In this document: positions 22,061 to 29,825 of the stretch, piece by piece
Position numbering within the stretch: the first letter of the stretch is position 1
How the letters are laid out: every line of letters begins with the position of its first letter
NCBI RefSeq assembly: GCF_002214165.1
Contig: NZ_CP019964.1
Coordinates: 900,001-932,000, forward strand
DNA: 32,000 nt
Reading direction: 5' to 3'
Origin: Candidatus Saccharimonadota bacterium
GTDB taxonomy: Archaea; Micrarchaeota; Micrarchaeia; Micrarchaeales; Micrarchaeaceae
Translations under genes and position numbers: made by a program
Notes under the pieces: generated by a model
Told to the model about the DNA's origin: nothing
The model's database searches: none
What the model saw: only the letters and a program-made list of their open reading frames with translations

Positions 22061-22582
22061 ATGGATGCAGAGGAACTAAAGAATTACATAAGGAATGTGC
22101 CGGATTTTCCGAAGAGCGGTATAATGTTCAAGGATATAACCCCCTTACTAAAGGACAAATATGCTTTCTCGGCTTCAATAAAGCTTCTTGCCGACCACAT
22201 TAGGAATTTGGATTATGACTATATAGCAGGTATAGATTCACGAGGCTTTATAATCAGCGCGGCATTGGCAAACGAATTAAACTCCGGGTTGCTTCTAATT
22301 AGAAAAAAAGGAAAGTTGCCCTATCATACAGTCTCAATAGATTACCAATTGGAGTACGGAAGTGATTCTCTCGAAATGCATGAAGATTCAATAAAAAAAG
22401 GGGACAAGGTGATCATAGTCGATGATCTGTTGGCTACAGGTGGGACGTCAGGCGCAGCAGCAAAGTTGATCGAAAAGCTTGGAGGTCAAGTATCCGAGCT
22501 GACTTTCATGATAGAACTTTCAGACCTTAAAGGAAAAGACAAATTAAAAGATTACCCAATATATTCCCTGCTAAAATACTAA
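22061..22582 (+). CDS. apt: Adenine phosphoribosyltransferase
   Basis: IRNVPDFPKSGIMFKDITPLL, GIDSRGF, and the PRPP loop VIIVDDLLATGGT are classic Apt motifs. Confidence 0.9.
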   Translation: MDAEELKNYIRNVPDFPKSGIMFKDITPLLKDKYAFSASIKLLADHIRNLDYDYIAGIDSRGFIISAALANELNSGLLLIRKKGKLPYHTVSIDYQLEYGSDSLEMHEDSIKKGDKVIIVDDLLATGGTSGAAAKLIEKLGGQVSELTFMIELSDLKGKDKLKDYPIYSLLKY

Positions 22583-22600
22583 AAATAAAAAAAAATAAAT

Positions 22601-22876
22601 TCAACCCTTGGTCATTGATTTCAGCTTTATGGATTCCGCATTTATCTCCACAGTAGCAAGGTATGTTTCATCAACCATGCAGTTTTCAAGCAAAGCCTCA
22701 GAAAGCTTCTTTGACTCGACAAAGAGGTTTAACAGTTCGGCCATGCTTGCTGAAGTTGCCAAATCATTCACCTTTAGCTGCTTAGGATCCTTCAATGAAT
22801 CCATAGAGTATTCTTTGTTTTTCTTCTCCAGAAGAAAATTTACATTTTTCTTGATACTCTCGTCTGCTTCTGCCAT
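22601..22876 (-). CDS. Hypothetical acidic/helical protein
   Basis: The 91-aa ORF has a mirror ORF of equal length on the plus strand. I chose the minus frame because its composition (K/E/L-rich) looks protein-like, whereas the plus frame is S/F-rich like an antisense artefact. Confidence 0.35.
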   Translation of the reverse strand: MAEADESIKKNVNFLLEKKNKEYSMDSLKDPKQLKVNDLATSASMAELLNLFVESKKLSEALLENCMVDETYLATVEINAESIKLKSMTKG

Positions 22877-22879
22877 TCT

Positions 22880-23073
22880 CTAACCCTAGGATAAGATTCC
22901 TTTCACGACTTGCTTTGTATTGCGTTAAGTCAACGCATTACTCATTTGTTTATTTAAGTAAAATTATTTATACCTTGCTACATTAAGATATTTCACCACA
23001 AGTAAAACAAAAGGCATAGCTAAAATTTAAAAACCCCAAATCTTAATCAAATATGCATGCCTAACCCTAGGAT
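22880..23073. repeat. 14-bp direct repeat CTAACCCTAGGATA (22880-22893 and 23060-23073), exactly 180 bp apart
   Basis: Verified by position. The core CCTAGG is palindromic. The first copy ends 3 nt before the start codon (22876) of the minus-strand ORF. The second lies just beyond the ids operon stop. Confidence 0.9.
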
Positions 23074-23079
23074 ATGCAG

Positions 23080-23097
23080 ACCTGTGCAATTGCACAG
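23080..23097. repeat. 18-bp perfect palindrome CCTGTGCAATTGCACAGG, 11 nt downstream of the polyprenyl synthase stop (minus strand)
   Basis: Exact dyad checked by position. It could form a 7-9-bp hairpin in the transcript or act as a dimeric protein-binding site. Confidence 0.9.
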
Positions 23098-23108
23098 GCC
23101 TTACCGAT

Positions 23109-24149
23109 TCAATTTCTCCTATTTGCTGCATATCCAATGCTTTCTCTTGCCAATTCCTTTATGTGTGATTCTGGTATATCAGAAGTGTACTTGTTGAATT
23201 TTTCTACACTTTCATCAACCAATTTTTGCATATCCTCCTTTGATTTATCAATTGAATGCAACTCATTGAATTGATTAAGCACAAAACCAATCTCCTCCTT
23301 GCTTTTATCGACCGGCTTCTTTTTGTAAATTTCTGCAAGTTTGTTCAATACATCTTGGGATGCATCCTGAACCGCATGCCAAAGTATTATAGTCTTTACT
23401 CCATCCCTAACGTCAGTGCCTATAGATTTTCCTAGCTGATCCGTAGTTGAAGTGCAATCAAGTATATCATCCTTTATCTGAAAAGCCAAACCTGCCGGGG
23501 TTCCATACTCCTTTATTTCACCAATTACTTTTTCATCCGCATTTGCAACTATTGCACCTTGCTGCATTGGCCCATATACACTGTAATAAGCTGATTTTGC
23601 ATGTATGGAAGTGTAGTAATCCTCACGAGTAAACTTTGTTATATCTTTTATATCAGATGTAAGATGGATGTCCCTGTACTGGCCCTGGTGCGTTACGTTT
23701 ATCATATCATAGAATTTGTCAAAATACCTCTTCTCTCTTTCCGGTCCTAGCTTCTTGCAGGCATCATACACTATTTTCCAATTTATCGATTGCAAGTTGC
23801 TTGCTGCATTTATCGCATACCTGTCACCATAGATTAGGTGTGCTGAAGGGCCTCCCCTTCTCAGATTGTTGTCATCCATCCAATCGTCAATCATAAGCAG
23901 CCAGTCTTCTGAAACCTGTTGCGATGCAGCGGGAAGCATGGCTTCCTCAATATCGCCTCCATACAGCAAGCTCCACAACAGTACATAAGAAGGCCTTCTA
24001 TACTGACCTTTCCTATCTGTGTAGCACCGCACTGATTCAAAGTAAGCCGAAGGCTCGCCATTAGGAAGATATCCATCTATCAACCCGTATACCTTGTCCT
24101 TGTAAAGGGATATGAAATCCTTAAAACTTTTAGCGTCGTTTGCATCCAT
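23109..24149 (-). CDS. trans-Polyprenyl diphosphate synthase, paralogue 2 (bulky Trp at -5 of the first Asp-rich motif)
   Basis: FARM: LLMIDDWMDDNNLRRG. SARM: FQIKDDILD. Lies 8 nt downstream of paralogue 1. Confidence 0.85.
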   Translation of the reverse strand: MDANDAKSFKDFISLYKDKVYGLIDGYLPNGEPSAYFESVRCYTDRKGQYRRPSYVLLWSLLYGGDIEEAMLPAASQQVSEDWLLMIDDWMDDNNLRRGGPSAHLIYGDRYAINAASNLQSINWKIVYDACKKLGPEREKRYFDKFYDMINVTHQGQYRDIHLTSDIKDITKFTREDYYTSIHAKSAYYSVYGPMQQGAIVANADEKVIGEIKEYGTPAGLAFQIKDDILDCTSTTDQLGKSIGTDVRDGVKTIILWHAVQDASQDVLNKLAEIYKKKPVDKSKEEIGFVLNQFNELHSIDKSKEDMQKLVDESVEKFNKYTSDIPESHIKELARESIGYAANRRN

Positions 24150-24157
24150 ATAATCAC

Positions 24158-25234
24158 TCAGAAATTTCTGTTAAGTACAAAACCAACCATCTGCTTGATA
24201 AGCTCCTTCCCGTGTGAATCCGGGAACTCCTTATCCACTTCATTCCATACGTCATTTATCAATGAATCGGCTATCTTTTCAACATAGCCATCTGAGTTGT
24301 ATTTTATCAGTATGTTCGAAGCCTCTTCTTTTAACTTAGGGTCAGAGCTATGGGATTTCAGGATTTCAAGAAGCCTGCTTCTATCCTTTTCATCTGCTTC
24401 CTTAATCGCATGTGTCACCAGCAGAGTTATCTTCCCTTCTGTTATATCATCTCCTACTCCCCCTTTGCTCTCAGATACATTTGACTTTTCTATGTTTAGA
24501 AGGTCATCTTTTATCTGAAACACAACACCAACCGTCGCACCGAATTTCCCAAGCAGTTTTATCTGCCTGTCCGTTGCCCCTCCGATAACCGCACCAAGTT
24601 CTGCGGCAAATCCTAAAAGGGCGCCAGTTTTGTCAAATGCCATCCTCATGTAATTTTCTTCGCTTATATTGTTAGGGTTTATAAGGAAGTTATGCCATGC
24701 CAAATCCACTCCCTGTCCTATGCCAAGCTTTAGCATATCCTCAATGTAAAGCTGCATTATCTTGATCTTCTGCTCGTTCTCAAGCTTGCTGCTGTCTATA
24801 AGGGCTTTCATTGGGAAATAAAACATAAAGTCTCCCAAGTTAAGCGCTATATCCAATCCATATTTTATGTGTACACAGTCAACATTTCTCCTTTTGACTG
24901 ACCGGTCCTCTATGTCATCATGTATAAGTGTTGCTGTATGCAGGACCTCTGGTATTATGGAGAACTCTATGTAATCATCAGGATTCTTTTTGAAAAGGCT
25001 TATCACAAGCGATGTGAATACCGGTCTTAGCCTTTTGCCTCCTTGCGATATGAGGTACCATGCAGGATCCATGACGCTTTTCTCTATTGCGTCCGTATCG
25101 TAATCATAGCCCCCTCTTCCAAGAAGTTTCTCTATATTCTGATCAACATTCTTGTCACTAAGAACTTCCTCAAGAAGCTTGTTCACTCTGCTTCCTTGCT
25201 CCTTCATATATGATACAAAATTATCTTCAGCCAA
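24158..25234 (-). CDS. trans-Polyprenyl diphosphate synthase, paralogue 1 (small residues before the first Asp-rich motif)
   Basis: GGKRLRP, FARM TATLIHDDIEDRSVKRRN, SARM FQIKDDLLN. TTG start at 25234; alternative ATG at 25207. Confidence 0.85.
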   Translation of the reverse strand: MAEDNFVSYMKEQGSRVNKLLEEVLSDKNVDQNIEKLLGRGGYDYDTDAIEKSVMDPAWYLISQGGKRLRPVFTSLVISLFKKNPDDYIEFSIIPEVLHTATLIHDDIEDRSVKRRNVDCVHIKYGLDIALNLGDFMFYFPMKALIDSSKLENEQKIKIMQLYIEDMLKLGIGQGVDLAWHNFLINPNNISEENYMRMAFDKTGALLGFAAELGAVIGGATDRQIKLLGKFGATVGVVFQIKDDLLNIEKSNVSESKGGVGDDITEGKITLLVTHAIKEADEKDRSRLLEILKSHSSDPKLKEEASNILIKYNSDGYVEKIADSLINDVWNEVDKEFPDSHGKELIKQMVGFVLNRNF

Positions 25235-25306
25235 TCAATCACTAGGTAAATCATACTTATATGGAAGATAACCTTAAATGGTTTACAAAATTTACGTCAA
25301 AAGTCA

Positions 25307-25326
25307 AATTAAGGTTAACCTTAATT
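25307..25326. repeat. 20-bp perfect palindrome AATTAAGGTTAACCTTAATT upstream of the 5S rRNA promoter
   Basis: Exact dyad checked by position, centred about 60 nt upstream of the 5S 5' end and about 33 nt upstream of the TATA-like box. A half-site copy TAACCTTAA occurs at about 25269-25277. Confidence 0.9.
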
Positions 25327-25346
25327 ATATGAATTTGAGAGTAATG

Positions 25347-25353
25347 TTTATAA
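25347..25353 (+). promoter_or_regulatory. TATA-like box (TTTATAA) for 5S rRNA
   Basis: Centred 26 nt upstream of the inferred 5S 5' end. Confidence 0.45.
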
Positions 25354-25375
25354 GGTTTAGCATGTCAATATACAA

Positions 25376-25501
25376 TGTTAAACGGTAATAGGAGCATGGA
25401 AACGCCCGATCCCTTTCCGAACTCGGAAGCTAAGCATGCTAACGATATGTGTGTACTGCCTGCGGGTGGGAAAGCATATTGCTGTTTAGCATCTATATTA
25501 T
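25376..25501 (+). rRNA. rrf: 5S ribosomal RNA, not linked to 16S/23S genes in this window
   Basis: Contains the universal 5S core ...GCCCGATCCCTTTCCGAACTCGGAAGCTAAGC... Helix I is formed by 25376-25385 (TGTTAAACGG) with 25492-25501 (CTGTTTAGCA). End coordinates are accurate to within a few nt. Confidence 0.85.
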
Positions 25502-25512
25502 AAGGTGAACAA

Positions 25513-26925
25513 TTGGATTTAAAGTCCAAGAGCCTTTACGAAGGCGAAAGTCCTGATTTTCTTTTAGATTTAATCTCAAAGAAAACCGCAAAGTACGATT
25601 TTTCAGAAGTTTATTTATCAAGCGGCATTTCTAGCGCATTTGACATACATAATGGGATATTTGATGGAAATTTCAGCTCTTCCTCTAAAGGTGCAAGGAT
25701 AAGAATAATGGAGAATGGATTATTCTACAACATGTCAACCAATGATTTAAGTAAAAGCAGCTTAATGTCAGCCATAAGCAAAATAAAAGGGATGCCTAAG
25801 GGCAGCACAAAGCTGTCAAGCGAGAAGACAGTAAAAGGTAAATATAGAGTAACACCGAAAATATTGGACGAAAGAGAAGCTAGCAAGCTGGCATATGATT
25901 TAGATTACTATCTCAAAGGCTATAAAGAGGTAATTTACAGGGAGGTGTCATTAGGCTACGGAGAAGAAGAAACATTATTCGAGAACAGCGAAGGCTCTAG
26001 CATAATGTCATATTATCCTTCAGCGGGCCTATCAATATACCTTCTTATAAAAGGCAAAAAATCTACAAGAGAGCGGATACTTGAATTTGGAGGGGTTGGA
26101 GGCCTTGAGGTATTGGATTACGAAAGGATAACCAAAAGGATCAGCGAGGAGATAAAAGGCTTGAAGGCAGTTGCTGACAATGGTGCCTCACTGAGCGACG
26201 CTAAGATTAAATCAATAAAAAATGTGGTAATCTCCCCCGAAATATCAGGAATTGCAGTACATGAAAGCATAGGCCACCCCAATGAATCTGATAGGGTTTT
26301 TGGAAGGGAATTGGCCCAAGCAGGGTCAAGCTACATAAACAAGGATAATTTAGGCATGAGAATCGGAAGCGACAGTGTAAACATATTCGATTATCCATCG
26401 ATAAAAGGCACTTCAGGATTCTATTACTATGATGACGAAGGCGTAAAAGCCGCCAAAAAGCACATTATCAAGAACGGCATGCAGAATGAGCTTCTGCTGA
26501 ACAGAGAATATGCAGGCATGTTAAAGAGAAAGAGCAATGGCTCAGCAAGGTCAAGCAGCTATGATGCAGAGCCATTGGTAAGGATGTCAAACACTTATTT
26601 AGGTGCAGGAGACTCCTCCTTTGAAGAGTTAATTACCGAAGCAAAGGATGGGATTTATGTAAAAAGCTTCAACGGATGGAACATAGACGACACAAGGAGC
26701 TTTTCAATGTACCAAGGAAACGAAGCTTATCTTATAAAGAAAGGAGAGATAAGCTCACCTATACTTAATTATCGTTTGGAGAAGGGCACACTAGACCTTT
26801 GGAAGTCTGTATCTTTATTGTCGAAAAAGGTTGAACTTTTCAATGGAGAATGCGGAAAGGGGGAGCCATTGCAAGGTGTTCCAGTAACCATGGGAGGACC
26901 ATACGCATTGCTGCAGTTCAGGTGA
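25513..26925 (+). CDS. tldD: TldD-family metalloprotease
   Basis: 470 aa with the TldD zinc motif AVHESIGHPNESDR and C-terminal GxC..G.P pattern (GECGKGEPLQGVPVTMGGP). TTG start. Confidence 0.85.
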   Translation: MDLKSKSLYEGESPDFLLDLISKKTAKYDFSEVYLSSGISSAFDIHNGIFDGNFSSSSKGARIRIMENGLFYNMSTNDLSKSSLMSAISKIKGMPKGSTKLSSEKTVKGKYRVTPKILDEREASKLAYDLDYYLKGYKEVIYREVSLGYGEEETLFENSEGSSIMSYYPSAGLSIYLLIKGKKSTRERILEFGGVGGLEVLDYERITKRISEEIKGLKAVADNGASLSDAKIKSIKNVVISPEISGIAVHESIGHPNESDRVFGRELAQAGSSYINKDNLGMRIGSDSVNIFDYPSIKGTSGFYYYDDEGVKAAKKHIIKNGMQNELLLNREYAGMLKRKSNGSARSSSYDAEPLVRMSNTYLGAGDSSFEELITEAKDGIYVKSFNGWNIDDTRSFSMYQGNEAYLIKKGEISSPILNYRLEKGTLDLWKSVSLLSKKVELFNGECGKGEPLQGVPVTMGGPYALLQFR

Positions 26926-26933
26926 GTTAAGTG

Positions 26934-28274
26934 ATGCCAAAAGATATATTGTATTATTCAAACAAGCTGAAATTTGACGACATACTTGTAGATATCGTAT
27001 CTGGAGAAGCGACTTACTTGAAGATAGCAAACTCAAAGATTGATTCAGTAGTAAACGACAATTCCACAAATGGAAGCTTATTTCTGTCAAAATCCAAGAA
27101 ATTAATATCTGAGGATCTTCCAGACGTTTCAGATAAATCGGTAAAAAGCACCCTAAAAAAAGCTGCAAAAACCATAGGAAAGCTTTCTCCAAAGAATGAT
27201 TACTACGGGATAGCCGAAGGCCCATTCAATTATAAGGGAAGGGGAAAGCCCGATGCAAAAATTTCAGGGTTTCAAATAAAAGACGTGGTGGATGTAGCAG
27301 AGCAGATAATATCGGAATTGGATTATAAGGATGTCAAGGACATTGCAGGAATGGTAACCTTAGAGAAGCTGAAGGATTCATTGATGACAAACAAGGATGT
27401 CAATGCAAATAGCTCAACCGCTTATATCAAGGTCACGGCACATATTACTACAAAAGAGGGGTTTTCATACCAAGAGACTGCAGCATTTTCTAAATATAGC
27501 GAGATAAACATAAAGAAATTCTGTGATAATCTGTATTATACCGTGTCGCAGATAAAGACCAAAGGCAAAATAAAAAGCGATACATACGATTTAATATACA
27601 AGCCTTCTTCTGCATCGAATCTGCTCCAAGAGGTTACTGCAGCAGCCACTATGTCAGAGATAGAAAATGGCAGTTTTCTAAAAGGCAGATTAGAGCACAA
27701 GGTGGCAGATGAAAACGTATCTATAATAGATTCCGGAATAGCCAAAGGGATGATAAGCTCAAGCTGCTATGATGACGAAGGCTATCCAACGAAAGACAAC
27801 AGTGTCATAGAAAATGGAATTTTAAAAACATACCTGTACAACTGGTCCGAGGCAAAGAAGCACAATACGGAAAGCACAGGAAATGCAGGATTGATTGAAT
27901 CTGAGCCCAATACCTTAATATTCAAGCACAAGAATCCTAAAAAGTCATTGGATTCATTAATATCCGAAATAGATAAGGGAATCTTAGTTACAAATACATG
28001 GTATACAAGGTTTGACAACCACTCAACCGGTGATTTCTCAACCGTGCCAAGAGACCTGGCCATCTACATAGAAAAAGGGGAGCCCAAGTTCGCAATAAGC
28101 CAGATAAAAGGCACACAGACAGTAGGTATTAGGGTAAACGACAATATCATCAGGATGCTAAAGAATATAGAATCGGCTTCAAAATCTCCAGTACAAGCAA
28201 TCTCTTGGGATGCGGAAGAGCCTGCGCTAGTTCCTGACATACTTGTAAAAGATGTTAAAGTTACAACAGTATAA
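26934..28274 (+). CDS. pmbA: PmbA/TldE-family protein, partner of TldD
   Basis: ~446 aa and homologous in layout to the TldD/PmbA family (..YDDEGYPT..., ..ILVTNTWYTRF.., C-terminal beta-barrel region), but lacks HExxxH. Lies immediately downstream of tldD. Confidence 0.8.
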   Translation: MPKDILYYSNKLKFDDILVDIVSGEATYLKIANSKIDSVVNDNSTNGSLFLSKSKKLISEDLPDVSDKSVKSTLKKAAKTIGKLSPKNDYYGIAEGPFNYKGRGKPDAKISGFQIKDVVDVAEQIISELDYKDVKDIAGMVTLEKLKDSLMTNKDVNANSSTAYIKVTAHITTKEGFSYQETAAFSKYSEINIKKFCDNLYYTVSQIKTKGKIKSDTYDLIYKPSSASNLLQEVTAAATMSEIENGSFLKGRLEHKVADENVSIIDSGIAKGMISSSCYDDEGYPTKDNSVIENGILKTYLYNWSEAKKHNTESTGNAGLIESEPNTLIFKHKNPKKSLDSLISEIDKGILVTNTWYTRFDNHSTGDFSTVPRDLAIYIEKGEPKFAISQIKGTQTVGIRVNDNIIRMLKNIESASKSPVQAISWDAEEPALVPDILVKDVKVTTV

Positions 28275-28275
28275 A

Positions 28276-29274
28276 TTATTCACTTTTACCCTGTTTATTC
28301 TTTCCTTTCTTTGTTTTATCCTTATCCGAATCCTTGCTTTCAGATTCTGCCCTAACGTCAAAATCTATCAACCCTGACAGAAGCTCCTTCGCATTAGAGA
28401 ACTTAAGAGGTTTTGTGCCTTTGCTCTTTGCGTACTCTATCTGGTACCTTATGTATGTTTCATTTATCTTGGTATCTGGATTTACGGTTTTGCATTTTTC
28501 TATATAATCGGTTATTACTTTAAAGGCATCATCAACGCTGAGCCCTTTTATGTTTACTAAATAAGGTGCGAGTATCAAGTTTACAGTCCTGTGCCTTACA
28601 TCTGTTATGGGAGTTTCCAATAGTTTTTCAATCCAAGCGGTGTTATTCTTCCCTTTAATGACAACCTTTGTCTCGTCCCTTATGCCTTTTGAATAATCCA
28701 TAACTTCCTTCGGAAGCTTGACCTTTTCTTCGTAGTTGAAGCTTTCCTTTATTGTATTGTAAGATGCCCTCTCAAGCAAGCGCTTTAGCTTGTTGAAGCT
28801 TATTATTACCAACCCATTATGAAGCTGCTGGTTAGAGAGCGCAAAAAAAGGATCATTTGGTATATTGTGCAAATATACATTGAACTTTATAAGGAAATTG
28901 TCATTCTGGTCCTTGTGCAAGGTTATTCCCAACGAAGAAGAGAGCTTGAATATATCTTGCTCGGAATCTTTTTCCATCGCCTGAAGCGCCCTTTTTGATT
29001 CCGAAACCGAGAACTTTTCAACGTAATCAGGCCTTTTTAACGCCATGACCATCATCTTCGCGTATGCGTAGCTTATGATTTCATCGAGCTTTATGGAATC
29101 TATTAGTATATCATAATAGGGCAGGTCACCTTTTATGTCTGATATTGCCCTTTCCTTGCCAAGTTCAAGATACTTGAAATCTATGGATGTCAGATTAAGC
29201 GAGCTTATTATCTGCTTTGCAATATCCGTGAACGGGTACCTATAGGCAAAATTTAGGTCTTCTGAACTGTACAT
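28276..29274 (-). CDS. priL: DNA primase large subunit PriL-like, with no Fe-S cluster cysteines
   Basis: The N-terminal domain matches the PriL pattern (YRYPF.., DEIISYAYAKMMVMAL, KFSVSESKRAL, FLIKFNVYL, ALSNQQLHNGLVIISFNKLKRLLE). The C-terminal region keeps the helical H..R motif (TAWIEKLLETPITDVRHRTVNLILAPYLVNIKGLSVDD; YIRYQIEYAKSKGTKPLKFSNAKEL). The positions where I expect PPC.. and ..SC.. carry W and N. The whole protein has a single Cys. Confidence 0.65.
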   Translation of the reverse strand: MYSSEDLNFAYRYPFTDIAKQIISSLNLTSIDFKYLELGKERAISDIKGDLPYYDILIDSIKLDEIISYAYAKMMVMALKRPDYVEKFSVSESKRALQAMEKDSEQDIFKLSSSLGITLHKDQNDNFLIKFNVYLHNIPNDPFFALSNQQLHNGLVIISFNKLKRLLERASYNTIKESFNYEEKVKLPKEVMDYSKGIRDETKVVIKGKNNTAWIEKLLETPITDVRHRTVNLILAPYLVNIKGLSVDDAFKVITDYIEKCKTVNPDTKINETYIRYQIEYAKSKGTKPLKFSNAKELLSGLIDFDVRAESESKDSDKDKTKKGKNKQGKSE

Positions 29275-29326
29275 ACAGATATCTCTTCGCTTGATATATA
29301 TAAAAGAATTATCATGGCAGATTGTT

Positions 29327-29614
29327 TTAGCTTTTTAGCTGTTGCTTTTTCAAGTTTGCCTCTGCAGTTTTCTCTTCGACAATCTTGTTGATCTTTGATC
29401 TCAAGGCCAATATCAATACACCAATTATCATGAGCAGCAGCCCAAATGCTATATCCTCCCTGAAATTGCTGGATGTTATCCTGTCTAAGTATATCAGGTA
29501 TCCCGTGTAGATCATCACAATGCCTGCAGCTATCCATCCGAATCCAGCGATTAGCACAGGATTGCTTTTTGGCTTTGGTTTAACGGATTCCATAATAAAG
29601 ATAAGGCAATCCAT
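29327..29614 (-). CDS. Hypothetical small membrane protein (2 TM)
   Basis: NPVLIAGFGWIAAGIVMIYTGYLIYL and IAFGLLLMIIGVLILAL hydrophobic helices with a basic/coiled C-terminal tail. An alternative start is the ATG at 29593. Confidence 0.4.
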   Translation of the reverse strand: MDCLIFIMESVKPKPKSNPVLIAGFGWIAAGIVMIYTGYLIYLDRITSSNFREDIAFGLLLMIIGVLILALRSKINKIVEEKTAEANLKKQQLKS

Positions 29615-29658
29615 AAATTTATAAGTATCTTATTTTCAAATTAGTAATGCTTCTTTAA

Positions 29659-29731
29659 GGGGTTGTACGCTAACCTGGCAGACTGCTAGCTTCGGGAGCT
29701 AGTAATCCGAGTTCAAATCTCGGCAGCCCCA
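29659..29731 (+). tRNA. tRNA-Pro (anticodon CGG), no intron, with a poorly paired D stem
   Basis: Hand fold:
- acceptor GGGGTTG/CAGCCCC (one G.U)
- anticodon stem CTAGC/GCTAG, loop TTCGGGA
- T arm CCGAG-TTCAAAT-CTCGG
- discriminator A
The D stem CGCT/GACT gives only G11:C24 and U13.G22, with two mismatches. Confidence 0.6.
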
Positions 29732-29825
29732 TACCTTGATTAGGGTTATATATAAGAGGCACAAATGTCCCAATTTCCAATATAGTTTTAGCATGAAGAA
29801 GGGCTGAAGGAGAGGGATTTTCTAT

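Noticed and set aside
22608-22883. 91-aa plus-strand mirror of ORF 22601..22876
   Set aside because: Its S/F-rich composition is typical of the antisense of a K/E-rich gene, so I kept the minus-strand frame, at low confidence.
26815-27225. 136-aa minus-strand ORF across the tldD/pmbA junction
   Set aside because: It is antisense to two well-supported genes. It has a Leu/Ser-rich composition.
29253-29537. 94-aa minus-strand ORF overlapping the PriL start and the 95-aa membrane-protein ORF
   Set aside because: It is out of frame with 29327..29614, whose two clean TM helices look more protein-like, and it would overlap PriL by 22 nt. Neither small ORF is strongly supported.
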